A stretch of DNA of 64,000 nucleotides, from positions 201,996,001 through 202,060,000 of the forward strand of contig OZ024740.1 in assembly GCA_964016885.1 (NCBI GenBank), given 5' to 3'. Below the pieces are notes generated by a model. The model did no database searches and was not told the DNA's origin. It was given only the letters and a program-made list of their open reading frames with translations. The position numbers and the translations under genes are program-made. Every line of letters begins with the position of its first letter. Within the stretch, counting starts at the first letter, position 1. This DNA is from Eledone cirrhosa. Taxonomy: Eukaryota. Of this stretch, positions 36,803 through 52,400 are shown piece by piece.

Positions 36803-38398
36803 ACTGTCTAATTTACACACTGTCTAATATACACACTCTCTAATATACACTGTCTAATATACACACTGTCTAATATACACACTGTCTAATATACACTGTC
36901 TTATATACACACTGTTTAATATACACACTGTCTAATATATGCACTGTCTAATATACACACTGTCTAATATACACACTGTCTAATATACACTTTTTAATAT
37001 ACACACTGTCTAATATATAGCCACTTTCTAATATATACACTGTCTAATATATACACTGTCTAATATATACACTGTCTAATATACACACTGACTAATATAC
37101 ACACTGTCAATATACACACTGTCCAATATACACACTGTCTAATATACACACTGTCTAATATATACAATGTATAATATACACACTGTCTAATATATACACT
37201 GTCTAATATACACAATGTCTAATATACACACTGTCTAATATACATTGTCTAACATACTCACTGTCTAATATATACACTGTCTAATATATACACTGTCTAA
37301 CATACACGCTGTCTAATATATACACTGTCTAATATACACTCTGTCTAATATACACACTGTCTGATATACACTGTCTAATATACACACTGTCTAATATATA
37401 CACTTTCTAATATACACACTGTCTAATATATACACTGTCTAATATATACAGTGTCTATTACACACACTGTCTAATATACACACTGTCCAATATACACACT
37501 ATCTAATATACACACTGTCAAATATATACACTGTCTAATATACAGACTGTCTAATATACACTGTCTAATATACAAACTGTTTAATATAAACACTGTCTAA
37601 TATACACACTGTCTAATATACACACTGTCTAATGTATACACTGTCTAATATACACACTGCCTAATATGCACTCTCTAATATACACACTGTTTAATATAAA
37701 CACTGTCTAATATACACTATCTAATATATGCAATGTCTAATATATACTCTGCCTAATATATACACTGTCTAATATATACACCGTCTAATTTATACACTGT
37801 CTAATATACACACAATGTCTAATATACACTGTCTAATTCACACACTGTCTAATATACACACTGTTTAATATACACTGTCTAATATACACACTGTCTAATA
37901 TACACACTGTCTAATATACACTGTCTAATATACACACTGTCTAATATACACACTGTCTAATATACACACTGTCTAATATATACACTGTCTAATATACACA
38001 CTGTCTAATATACACTGTCTAATTCACACACTGTCTAATATATACACTGTCTAATATACACTGTCTAATTTACACACTGTCTAATATACACACTCTCTAA
38101 TATACACTGTCTAATATACACACTGTCTAATATACACACTGTCTAATATACACTGTCTTATATACACACTGTTTAATATACACACTGTCTAATATATGCA
38201 CTGTCTAATATACACTGTCTAATTCACACACTGTCTACTATACACACTGTCTAATATACACTGTCTAATATACACTGTCTAATATACACGCTGTCTAATA
38301 TACACACTGTATAATATACACACTATCTAATATACAGTGTGTAATGTATACACTGTCTAATATACACACTGTCTAATATATACACTGTCTAATATATT

Positions 38399-38665
38399 CC
38401 CACACCCGAAAACAAAACACCCACAACAAAGAGAAAACACATACCGGAACCACAGACAAAAACAAACACAACACAGGAAAAGTACACATACACTTACATA
38501 AACGAAGAAAATAGAACACTGATGGAGACCATCAGAAACAACCCTTTGCTCAAAACCGAAGGGAAAACTTTGGATAGCTCCAACAAAAACAAAAAAATGA
38601 ACCTAAAACTGATCAGGGTCCCTATAGGAACTTATAGATCCCTAAAAGAAACATTTGTAGAGGAC
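38399..38665 (+). mobile_element. 267-bp ORF1 fragment of E5 embedded in the satellite (copy 2)
   Basis: Same sequence and both junctions as 36536-36802, 1863 bp downstream. Confidence 0.95.
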
Positions 38666-39220
38666 ACTGTCTAATTTACACACTGTCTAATATACACACT
38701 CTCTAATATACACTGTCTAATATACACACTGTCTAATATACACACTGTCTAATATACACTGTCTTATATACACACTGTTTAATATACACACTGTCTAATA
38801 TATGCACTGTCTAATATACACACTGTCTAATATACACACTGTCTAATATACACTGTCTAATTCACACACTGTCTACTATACACACTGTCTAATATTCACT
38901 GTCTAATATACACTGTCTAATATACACGCTGTCTAATATACACACTGTATAATATACACACTATCTAATATACAGTGTCTAATGTATACACTGTCTAATA
39001 TACACACTGTCTAATATACACACTGTCTAATATACACTGTCTAATTCACACACTGTCTACTATACACACTGTCTAATATACACTGTCTAATATACACTGT
39101 CTAATATACACGCTGTCTAATATACACACTGTATAATATACACACTATCTAATATACAGTGTGTAATGTATACACTGTCTAATATACACACTGTCTAATA
39201 TATACACTGTCTAATATATT

Positions 39221-42200
39221 CCCACTCCCGAAAACAAAACACCCACAACAAAGAGAAAACACATACCGGAACCACAGACAAAAACAAACACAACACAGGA
39301 AAAGTACACATACACTTACATAAACGAAGAAAATAGAACACTGATGGAGACCATCAGAAACAACCCTTTGCTCAAAACCGAAGGGAAAACTTTGGATAGC
39401 TCCAACAAAAACAAAAAAATGAACCTAAAACTGATCAGGGTCCCTATAGGAACTTATAGATCCCTAAAAGAAACATTTGTAGAGGACGTGGGGAATTACT
39501 GCGTGAAACCAATCAACCGCGTTATCTACAAAGGCCTCCCCACCAGAGGCACCCCCACCCAAGTCATCCTCACCCCACCAGACACCCCTTCCCCACCAAA
39601 CATCTCCGTCCCCACCCCGCCAGAAACCACCACCCCACCCAACAACCCATCCCCCACCCTCATGGAAATTGTGCAGCCCGATACCCGGGACGCAGAGAGG
39701 TAAGTGCCTTTTCTCTTCAACACCAACATGGCAATGCTAAGAGTAGGCTGTTTAAATGCGCGTGGCCTGGGCTCAACTTGGAAGAAAGCAATGTTTCTAA
39801 ATGACCTCAGGTCACAACGTATAGATGTGATGGTTATTTGCGAGGCCCGGATCAGCAACGTGCGACAGCTGGCCCCCACCTTTGATGACTTTGAGATGCA
39901 CGCATCTCTCTGTCAGCCCGGAGGTGGGGGTGGGGTTGTCGTTCTGCTGCAAAAACATCTGGGTCTCGCAACACAGATGGTACATTTGGACCCGGAGGGT
40001 CAACTAGTGGTTCTGGACCTTGGCAGTGGTGAAGGCGGAGCGTTTAGGTTGGTAGCCGCCTACGGCCCTTTCGGGTCAATGCGGCCGGACTTCTTCCATC
40101 GTCTGGAGACTTTTCTAGGGACCTCCCGCTCCTTGCTATTAGTGGGGGACTGGAATGGTATCCTAGATGCACGCTGGGACTACGTAGGGGCCTGTCCCGA
40201 TAGAGAGGGGTGTAATAGCCTCAAAGGGTTAATCGGTCGATTTGACCTGGCCGATAGATATCGACTAGATTTTCCGACTGCTCCAACCTGGACTTGGGCA
40301 AATCGTAGCGGATCATCTAGGTCGTACCTAGATAGGTTCTTAGTTAGAGTTAAGGATAAGGACTTTTTAAGTTGTCCAAAAATGCGCATGGTTGGCTATT
40401 CAGACCACAAGTTAGTGACCTGCATGGTCAACCTTGACAGAACTCATAGACAGGGACCCGGTTACTGGAAGCTCAACTTGTCCTTACCGGCAAGTAAGGC
40501 TTACAGGGAGCGGATTAGCACTTTAGTTAAGGAGCGGTTGACGGGCGCCATCGTCAACAGCAGGTGGTGAGGATCTCTCAAAAGAGAGCTTAGAGTAGTC
40601 TCTATAGAATTTAGTAAGGAGTTAGCCTCAAATAGAAATAGGAAGGAAAGGGAGTTGGTAGATAGTGTAGAAGAGGCAATTAGAAGCGGCGACGTGGCCA
40701 GAGTGCTAGCGTCGAGAACGGCCCTGGGCCAGTTCTTCGACGCGAAACACGAAGGCTGCTTCGTCCGAAGCAAAATACGTGCTCTGGGAAACGAGGGGAC
40801 CAAAGCTGTTAGCTGGGCCCGCGTGACAGAAGCCAAAAGAGGGAGCAGATCCACTATCCGGTCTTTGCGCGACCAGGATGGATGGGTGATCCTTGAACCT
40901 AAGCAGATGTGCGAGGCTTTTCAAAAGCACTTTGCCGGATTGTTCGGAAGGGGCGGGGAGCCGGTTGGGGATGTGAACTTCGGTCTATACCTCGACGGCC
41001 TGCCGCGTCTCTCGGACAGGGAGGCGAAGTCCTGCGAGGAGCCGATTTCAGCCGCTGAGATAGAGGACGTGCTGAGCCAATGCGGCAAACGCAAATCCCC
41101 GGGTCTCAATGGTCTTCCTTACGAACTATATCTAGCTATGCCGGATTTGTTCCCCGATCTCATCGAGGCGGTCTACTGCAACTGGCAACAGAACGGGAGA
41201 ATTCCCTGTGCTGTGACCAAGGGCGTAGTCACGCTAGTGAGGAAGGACGAGAACAAGGGGGACGATATAAATAATTTCAGGCCCATAACTCTGCTAAATA
41301 CAGAGTTACAGATTTTGGCCAAGGTGCTAGCAAAGAGGTTGGCGCTTGTCGTGGGCAACCTGGTGGGAGATGCGCAGACATGTGCTATCCCGTCCAGGTC
41401 CATCCACGACAACCTCCACCTCATGCGATACATCATAGAGAGGGTTGGGAACGAATCCGGCTTTGGTGGGGCCCTGATCAACTTGGATCAATCTAAGGCA
41501 TTCGATAGGGTCGACCATGGTTACCTGGATGCGGTGCTAGCGGCGGCAGGCTTCGGACCCGTTTTCAGGGGCTGGATCAATGCCATGCACAGCAGCCGCA
41601 TCTGCTCTAGAGTCAAGGTGAACGGCTACCTCTCGGAGCCGTTCGAAATCGCGCGGTCCATCCGACAGGGGTGCCCTCTCTCCTCCCTTCTGTATGTAAT
41701 GACTCTAGAGCCACTGCTGCGGAAGTTGGAGTTGTTGCAGGGCATCCCGTTGGAACGAGGATTGCGGAAAGCGGTGTCGGCCTACGCCGACGACGTAACA
41801 GTAATGGTGTCTACGGCCTCGGAAATCGGGGCGATCGGCACCTTACTGGAGGAGTACGAAAGGTTTACAGGGGCTAAGCTGAACCGGGACAAGTCGATCG
41901 GTCTGCAACTCGGCACGTGGAGGGGCAGATTGATGCCCTCCGATGATGTCGTCGGGCGCTGGACGGAGGGCCCGGTGAAGTTGCTCGGGGTCTGGTTCGG
42001 ACCAGACCTCCAGGTGGAGAAGAACTGGGGTGAGGTAGCGAACAGGGTATTTGCACTGACCTAGAAGTGGGCCGAGTGCAAACTGTCCCTGAAAGGTCGG
42101 GCGGAGGTGGCGAACACTTATATAGCATCCGTCATCTACAACCGACTGACCGTTGTGCCTTGCCAAAGGGAAAAGCTCGCAAAAATGGAGCGCGCACTCT

Positions 42201-43427
42201 TCCAATTCCTTTGGCAGAAGCGGGCTCCTATGGTGAGGAGATCCATCTGCTGTCAACACCCTTCGAAAGGAGGGCTGGGGATGCCGTGGCTAATGATACG
42301 TAAACACGCATTAAGGCTACGGCACCTTCAGGTATTCCTCACCGGTCAACCGGTGTGGGCCCCATTTGTGAGGCGAGCCTTTCCCAGACTCGTCTCACTC
42401 ACCGAGCTGCAATCCTGGGTCAAGCAAAGACCGAGAAAACTGGGCGCCTGGCACACCGTGTGTGCCCAGGCGCTCACGGCTCTCTGGCAGGCGGACCCGG
42501 CTGTCAGTGGAGAATCCACTTGTCATTCTATAGAGGGCTGGTGGTTAGCAGGTGCGACGACGCCCTCGGAGAAGCCCTAGACATGGAGGAAGACGAACTG
42601 GCCAACCTGTTCGGTAGGACATTCAGCCCGGAACCACGGATAACTTCCAGAGGTCCCTGGCCTGGCAATGCTCCAGAAGGGCTCTGCCCGTTCGAGAAAG
42701 GCTCTACAGACACGGGCGCCGGGGTAGGGACCCCTCGAAAAAGATATGTCCCAGATGCGTGTGCGACGAGGAAACCGTTGCACACGCATTGTTACACTGC
42801 TCGGGCATTGCCGATCTGTGGGGCTATGTCGAACAACTGCTGTCAAGGGTGGGACCGATCCGGTTGACCACCGAGTCTATTGTAACGATCAAGACGCCTC
42901 CCCTCTTCAAAAACGAAGGAGAGGTGGTGTTTCTGTGCGTAATAGCCATGGCGAAAGAGGTTGTATGGTGGACGCGTCTGAAAGGACTGAGGTCAGACAC
43001 CTTTCTCTCTGGCCAACAACTGGTCCGTTTCTTCCGATATCATTTCGGAAGAAGGATCAGGATGGAGAGAGAGGTGCTGCACCCCAGCCGTTTTTATGAA
43101 AGATGGGTGAAAGTGGCGAGAATGGCCCGTGTGAATGGGCCTTCACTCTACACCAGACTATAGGTGAGGAAGATGAAAGACCAAGGGAGCACCCTCTCTC
43201 TGTGCTCCTGAGGAAAAGGGTTGCGCACTTTTTTTCGGGGGTGGGTGCGACCCCCCAAGGCGCCTCTTCTCTATTGAGGATTTTGTTATAAATTTTATTC
43301 TGTTATATTTTATTTTATTTTTATATTTTGTTATTGCCTCCTCCTTATTGAGGACGCCTTGTTTTGTAAACTCCCCCCCATTGTACTTGTCCCACTTTTG
43401 ATGCCCTGGTGGCAAATAAAAGAAACA
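39221..43427 (+). mobile_element. Tx1/L1-type LINE E5, truncated within ORF1
   Basis: ORF1 tail to 39703, ORF2 39728-43163, 3' UTR ending AATAAAAGAAACA|TATCTAATATAC; satellite on both sides. Confidence 0.95.
39728..43163 (+). pseudogene. E5 ORF2 (best-preserved EN-RT; stops at 40570 and 42064, 3' frameshifts)
   Basis: A 288-aa endonuclease ORF and a 469-aa RT ORF in the same frame, with GDWN, SDH, RQGCPLS and YADD. Confidence 0.95.
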
Positions 43428-46400
43428 TATCTAATATACACAACGTCTAATATATACACTGTCTAATATATACACTGTCTAATATACACACTGTCTAATA
43501 TATACATTGTCTAATATACACACTGTCTAATTTACACACTGTCTAATATATACGCTGCCTAATATACACTGTCTAATATAGACTGTCTAATATAAACACT
43601 GTCTAATATACACTGTCTAATATATACACTGTCTAATATAGACTGTCTAATATACACACTGTCTATTATACACACACAGTCTAATATACACACTGTCTAA
43701 TATACACTGTCTGATATACACACTGTCTAATATACACACTGTCTAATATATACACTGTCTAATATACTCACTGTCTAATATACACACTGTCTAATATACA
43801 CAAACTGTCTAATATACACACTGTCTAATACGCACACTGTCTAATATACACTGTCTAATATATACACTGTCTAATATAGACTGTCTAATATACACACTGT
43901 CTATTATACACACACTGTCTAATATACACGCTGTCTAATATACACACTGTCTAATATATACACTGTCTAATATACTCACTGTCTAATATACACACTGTCT
44001 AATATACTCAAACTGTCTAATATACACACTGTCCAATATACACACTGTCTAATACACACACTGTCTAATATACACACTGTCTAATAATCACTGTCTAATA
44101 TACACACTGTCTAACATACACTGCCTAATAAACACACTGTCTAATATACACACTGTCTAATATATACACTATCTAATATACACACTGTCTAATATATACA
44201 CTGTCTCATATATATACCGTCTAATTTACACACTGTCTATTATACACACACTGTCTAATATACACACTGTCTAATATCCACTGTCTAATATACACTGTCT
44301 AATATATACACTGTCTAATATACAATGTAAAATATGTACACTGTCTAATATACACACTGTCTAATATGCACACTGTCTAATATATACACTGTCTAATATA
44401 CACTGTCTAATATATACGCTGTCTCATATATATATACTCTCTAAATTAAACACTGTCTAATATACACACTGTCTAATATACACACTGTCTAATATACACA
44501 CTGTCTAATATACACACTGTCCAATATATACAATGTATAATATACACTGCCTAATATATACACTGTCTGATATACACACTGTCTAATATATACCCTGTCT
44601 AATATACACAATGTCTAATATACACAGTCTAATATACACTGTCTAATATACACACTGTCTAAAATATACACTGTCTAATATACACACTGTCTAATATATA
44701 CACTGTCTAATATATACAGTGTCTAGTACACACGCTGTCTAATATACACACTGTCTAATATATACACTGTCTAATATACACACTGTCTAATATACACACT
44801 GTCTAATATACACATGTCTAATATATACACTGACTAATATACACACTGTCTAATACACACACTGTCTAATATATACACTGTCTAACATACACTGCCTAAT
44901 ATACACACTGTCTAATATACACACTGTCTAATATATACACTATCTAATATACACACTGTCTAATATACACACTGTCTCATATATACACTCTCTAATATAC
45001 ACACTGTCTAATATACACACTCTCTAATATACACACTGTCTAATATACACACTGTCTAATATATACACTGTCTAATATACACAGTGTCTAATATACACTG
45101 CCTAATATACACACTGTCTAATATATGCACACTGTCTAATACACACGCTGTGTAATATACACCCTGTCTAATATACAGTTTCTAATACACACACTGTCTA
45201 ATACACACACTGTCTAATATACACATTGTCTAATATACAGTTTAATATACAGTGTCTAATACATACACTGTCTAATACACACACTGTCTAATATACACAC
45301 TGTCTAATATACAGTTTAATATACAGTGTCTAATACACACACTGTCTAATATACACGTTGTCTAATATATACACTCTCTAATATATACACTGTCTAATAT
45401 ACACACTGTCTAATATGCACACTGTCTAATATTCACTGTCTAATATACACACTGTCTAATATGTACAATGTATAATATACACACTGTCTAATATATACGC
45501 TGTCTAATATACACACTGTCTAATATATACACTGTCTAATATACACAATGTCTAATATACACACTGTCTAATATACACCTGTCTAACATACACACTGTCT
45601 AATATATACACTGTCTAATACATACACTGTCTAATATACACACTGTCTAATTTACACACTGTGTAATATATGCACTGTCTAATATACACTGTGTAATATG
45701 CACTGTCTAATATACACACAGTCTAATATTCACACTGTCTAATATATACACAGTCTAATATACACACTGTCTAATATACACAATGTCTAATATACACACT
45801 GTCTAATATACACACTGTCTAATATACACACTGTCTAATACACACACTGTCAAATATACACACTGTCTAATATACACACTGTCTAATATACACACTGTCC
45901 AATATATACAATGTATAATATACACTGCCTAAATATACACTGTCTGATATACACACTGTCTAATATATACCCTGTCTAATATACACAATGTCTAATATAC
46001 ACAGTCTAATATACACTGTCTAATATACACACTGTCTAATATATACACTGTCTAATATACACACTATCTAATATATACACTGTCTAAAATATACAGTGTC
46101 TAGTACACACGCTGTCTAATATACACACTGTCTAATATATACACTGTCTAATATACACACTGTCTAATACACACACTGTCTAATATATACACTGTCTAAT
46201 ATACACATTGTCTAATATATACACTCTCTAATATATACACTGTCTAATATACACACTGTCTAATATGCACACTGTCTAATATACACACTGTCTAATATAC
46301 ACATGTCTAATATATACACTGTCTAATATACACAATGTCTAATATACACACTGTCTAATATACACCTGTCTAACATACACACTGTCTAATATATACACTG

Positions 46401-49400
46401 TCTAATACATACACTGTCTAATATACACACTGTCTAATTTACACACTGTGTAATATATGCACTGTCTAATATACACTGTGTAATATGCACTGTCTAATAT
46501 ACACACAGTCTAATATTCACACTGTCTAATATATACACTGTCTAATACATACACTGTCTAATATACACACTGTCTAATTTACACACTGTGTAATATATGC
46601 ACTGTCTAATATACACTGTGTAATATGCACTGTCTAATATACACACAGTCTAATATTCACACTGTCTAATATATACACAGTCTAATATACACACTGTCTA
46701 ATATACACAATGTCTAATATACACACTGTCTAATATACACACTGTCTAATATACACACTGTCTAATACACACACTGTCAAATATACACACTGTCTAATAT
46801 ACACACTGTCTAATATACACACTGTCCAATATATACAATGTATAATATACACTGCCTAAATATACACTGTCTGATATACACACTGTCTAATATATACCCT
46901 GTCTAATATACACAATGTCTAATATACACAGTCTAATATACACTGTCTAATATACACACTGTCTAATATATACACTGTCTAATATACACACTATCTAATA
47001 TATACACTGTCTAAAATATACAGTGTCTAGTACACACGCTGTCTAATATACACACTGTCTAATATATACACTGTCTAATATACACACTGTCTAATACACA
47101 CACTGTCTAATATATACACTGTCTAATATACACATTGTCTAATATATACACTCTCTAATATATACACTGTCTAATATACACACTGTCTAATATGCACACT
47201 GTCTAATATACACACTGTCTAATATACACATGTCTAATATATACACTGACTAATATACACACTGTCTAATACACACACTGTCTAATATATACACTGTCTA
47301 ATATACACATTGTCTAATATATACACTCTCTAATATATACACTGTCTAATATACACACTGTCTAATATGCACACTGTCTAATATTCACTGTCTAATATAC
47401 ACACTGTCTAATATGTACAATGTATTATATACACACTGTCTAATATATACGCTGTCTAATATACACACTGTCTAATATATACACTGTCTAATATACACAA
47501 TGTCTAATATACACACTGTCTAATATACACCTGTCTAATATATACACTGTCTAATACATACACTGTCTAATATACACACACTCTAATTTACACACTGTGT
47601 AATATATGCACTGTCTAATATACACTGTGTAATATACACTGTCTAATATACACACAGTCTAATATTCACACTGTCTAATATATACACAGTCTAATATACA
47701 CTCTGTCTAATATATACATTGTCTAATATACACACTGTCTAATATACACTGTTTAATATACACACTGTCTAATATATAGACACTGTCTAATATATACACT
47801 GTCTAATATATACACTATCTAATATATACACTGTCTAATATGCACACTGTCTAATATATACACTGTCTAATATACACACTGTCTAATATACACACTGTCT
47901 AATACATACACTGTCTAATATAGACTGTCTAATACACACACTGTCTAATATACACACTGTCTAATATATACACTGTCTAATATACACACAGTCTAATATT
48001 CACACTGTCTAATATATACACAGTCTAATATACACACTGTCTAATATATACATTGTCTAATATACACACTGTCTAATATACACTGTTTAATATACACACT
48101 GTCTAATATATAGACACTGTCTAATATATACACTGTCTAATATATACACTATCTAATATATACACTGTCTAATATGCACACTGTCTAGTACACACACTGT
48201 CTAATGTATATACTGTCTAATATACACACTGTCTAATATATACACTGTGTAATACACACACAGTCTAATATACGCACTCTCTGATATACACACTGTCTCA
48301 GATATACACTGTCTAATATACACACTGTCTAATATACACACTGTCTAATATACACATGTCTAATACACAGACTGTCTAATATACACATTGTCTAATATAT
48401 ACACTGTCTAATATATACACTGTCTAATATACACACTGTCTAATATACACACTGTCTAATATATACACTGTCTAATTTACACACTGTCTAATATATATAC
48501 TGCCTAGTATACACTGTCTAATATAGACTATCTAACATACACACTGTCTAATATACACACTGTCTAATATATACACTGTCTAATATATACACTGTCTAGT
48601 ATACACACTGTCTATTATACACACACTGTCTAATATATACACTGACTAATATACACACTGTCTAATACACACACTGTCTAATATATACACTGTCTAATAT
48701 ACACATTGTCTAATATATACACTCTCTAATATATACACTGTCTAATATACACACTCTCTAATATGCACACTGTCTAATATTCACTGTCTAATATACACAC
48801 TGTCTAATATGTACAATGTATAATATACACACTGTCTAATATATACGCTGTCTAATATACACACTGTCTAATATATACACTGTCTAATATACACAATGTC
48901 TAATACATACACTGTCTAATATACACACACTCTAATTTACACACTGTGTAATATATGCACTGTCTAATATACACTGTGTAATATACACTGTCTAATATAC
49001 ACACAGTCTAATATTCACACTGTCTAATATATACATTGTCTAATATACACACTGTCTAATATACACTGTTTAATATACACACTGTCTAATATATAGACAC
49101 TGTCTAATATATACACTGTCTAATATATACACTATCTAATATATACACTGTCTAATATGCACACTGTCTAATATATACACTGTCTAATATACACACTGTC
49201 TAATATACACACTGTCTAATACATACACTGTCTAATATAGACTGTCTAATACACACACTGTCTAATATATACACTGTCTAATATATACACTGTCTAATAT
49301 GCACACTGTCTAGTACACACACTGTCTAATGTATACACTGTCTAATATACACACTGTCTAATATATACACTGTGTAATACACACACAGTCTAATATACGC

Positions 49401-52400
49401 ACTGTCTGATATACACACTGTCTCATATATACACTGTCTAATATACACACTGTCTAATATACACACTGTCTAATATACACATGTCTAATACACAGACTGT
49501 CTAATATACACATTGTCTAATATATACACTGTCTAATATATACACTGTCTAATATACACACTGTCTAATATACACACTGTCTAATATATACACTGTCTAA
49601 TTTACACACTGTCTAATATATATACTGCCTAGTATACACTGTCTAATATAGACTATCTAACATACACACTGTCTAATATACACACTGTCTAATATATACA
49701 CTGTCTAATATATACACTGTCTAGTATACACACTGTCTATTATACACACACTGTCTAATATACACACTGTCTAACATACACTGCGTAATATACACACTGT
49801 CTAATATACACACTGTCTAATATATACACTATCTAATATACACACTGTCTAATATACACACTGTCTAATATATAAACTCTCTAATATACACACTGTCTAA
49901 TATATACACTGTCTAATATATACACTGTCTAATATGCACACTGTCTAGTACAAACACTGTCTAATGTATACACTGTCTAATATACACACTGTCTAATATA
50001 TACACTGTGTAATACACACACAGTCTAATATACGCACTGTCTGATATACACACTGTCTCATATATACACTGTCTAATATACACACTGTCTAATATACACA
50101 CTGTCTAATATACACATGTCTAATACACAGACTGTCTAATATACACATTGTCTAATATATACACTGTCTAATATATACACTGTCTAATATACACACTGTC
50201 TAATATACACACTGTCTAATATATACACTGTCTAATTTACACACTGTCTAATATATATACTGCCTAGTATACACTGTCTAATATAGACTATCTAACATAC
50301 ACACTGTCTAATATACACACTGTCTAATATATACACTGTCTAATATATACACTGTCTAGTATACACACTGTCTATTATACACACACTGTCTAATATACAC
50401 ACTGTCTAACATACACTGCCTAATATACACACTGTCTAATATACACACTGTCTAATATATACACTCTCTAATATACACACTGTCTAATATACACACTGTC
50501 TAATATATACACTGTCTAATATACACACTGTCTAAGATGCACACTGTCTAATATATACACTGTCTAATATACACACTGTCTATTATGCACACTGTCTAAT
50601 ATATACACTGTCTAATATACACTGTCTAATATATACACTGTCTCATATATATACTGTCTAATTTACACACTGTCTAATATACACACTGTCTAATATACAC
50701 ACTGTCTAATATACACACTGTCTAATATACACACTGTCTAATATACACACTGTCTAATACACACACTGTCTAATATACACACTGTCTAATATACACACTG
50801 TTTAATATACACACTGTCCAATATATCCAATGTATAATATACACACTGCCTAATATATACACTGTCTGATATACACACTGTCTAATATATACCCCGTCTA
50901 ATATACACAATGTCTAATATACACACTGTCTAATATACACTGTCTAATATACACACTGTCTAATATATACACTGTCTAATATACACACTGTCTAATATAT
51001 ACACTGTCTAATATATACAGTGTCTAATATATACACTGTCTAATATACACACTGTCTAATATACACACTGTCTAATATACACATGTTTAATACACACACT
51101 GTCTAATATACACATTGTCTAATATATACACTGTCTAATATATACACTGTCTAATATACACACTGTCTAATACATACATTGTCTAATATACACACTGTCT
51201 AATTTTCACACTGTCTAATATATACACTCTCTAATATACACACTGTTTAATATACACACTGTCTAATATATACACTGTCTAATATACACACTGTCTAATA
51301 TGCACACTGTCTAATATATATACTGTCTAATTTACACACTGTCTAATATACACACTGTCTAATATACACATTGTCTAATATACACACTGTCTAATATACA
51401 CAGTGTCTAATATACACACTGTCTAATACACACACTGTCTAATATACACACTGTCTAATATACACACTGTCTAATATACACACTGTCCAATATATACAAT
51501 GTATAATATACACACTGCCTAATATATACACTGTCTGATATACACACTGTCTAATATATACCCTGTCTAATATACACAATGTCTAATATACACACTGTCT
51601 AATATACACTGTCTAATATACACACTGTCTAATATATACACTGTCTAATATACACACTGTCTAATATATACACTGTCTAATATATACAGTGTCTAGTACA
51701 CACGCTGTCTAATATACATACTGTCTAATATATACACTGTCTAATATACACACTGTCTAATATACAAATGTCTAATATATACACTGACTAATATACATAC
51801 TGTCTAATATGCACACTGTCTTATATTCACTGTCTAATATACACACTGTCTAATATATACACTGTCTAATATACACACTGTCTAATATACAAATGTCTAA
51901 TATATACACTGACTAATATACACACTGTCTAATACACACACTGTCTAATATATACACTGTCTAATATACACACTGTCTAATATGCACACTGTCTAATATT
52001 CACTGTATAATATACACACTGTCTAATATACACTGTCTAATATACACACTGTCTAATATACACACTGTCTAATATACACACTGTCTAATATACACACTGT
52101 CTGATATACACTGTCTAATATACACACTGTCCAATATATACACTGTCTAATATACATACTGTCTAATATACACACTGTCTAATATACACATGTCTAATAC
52201 ACACACTGTCTAATATACACATTGTCTAATATATACACTGTCTAATATATACACTGTCTAATATACACACTGTCTAATACATACATTGTCTAATATACAC
52301 ACTGTCTAATTTACACACTGTCTAATATATACACTGCCTAATATACACTGTCTAATATAGACTATCTAATATACACACTGTCTAATATACACACTGTCTA

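Larger units (their letters stand above)
31458..39220 (+). repeat. Satellite block B (14/16-bp TGTCTAATAT(A/AC)ACAC) with higher-order duplications
   Basis: Hundreds of monomers in one orientation; diagnostic variants recur at about 0.7, 1.07 and 1.863 kb spacing. Confidence 0.98.
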
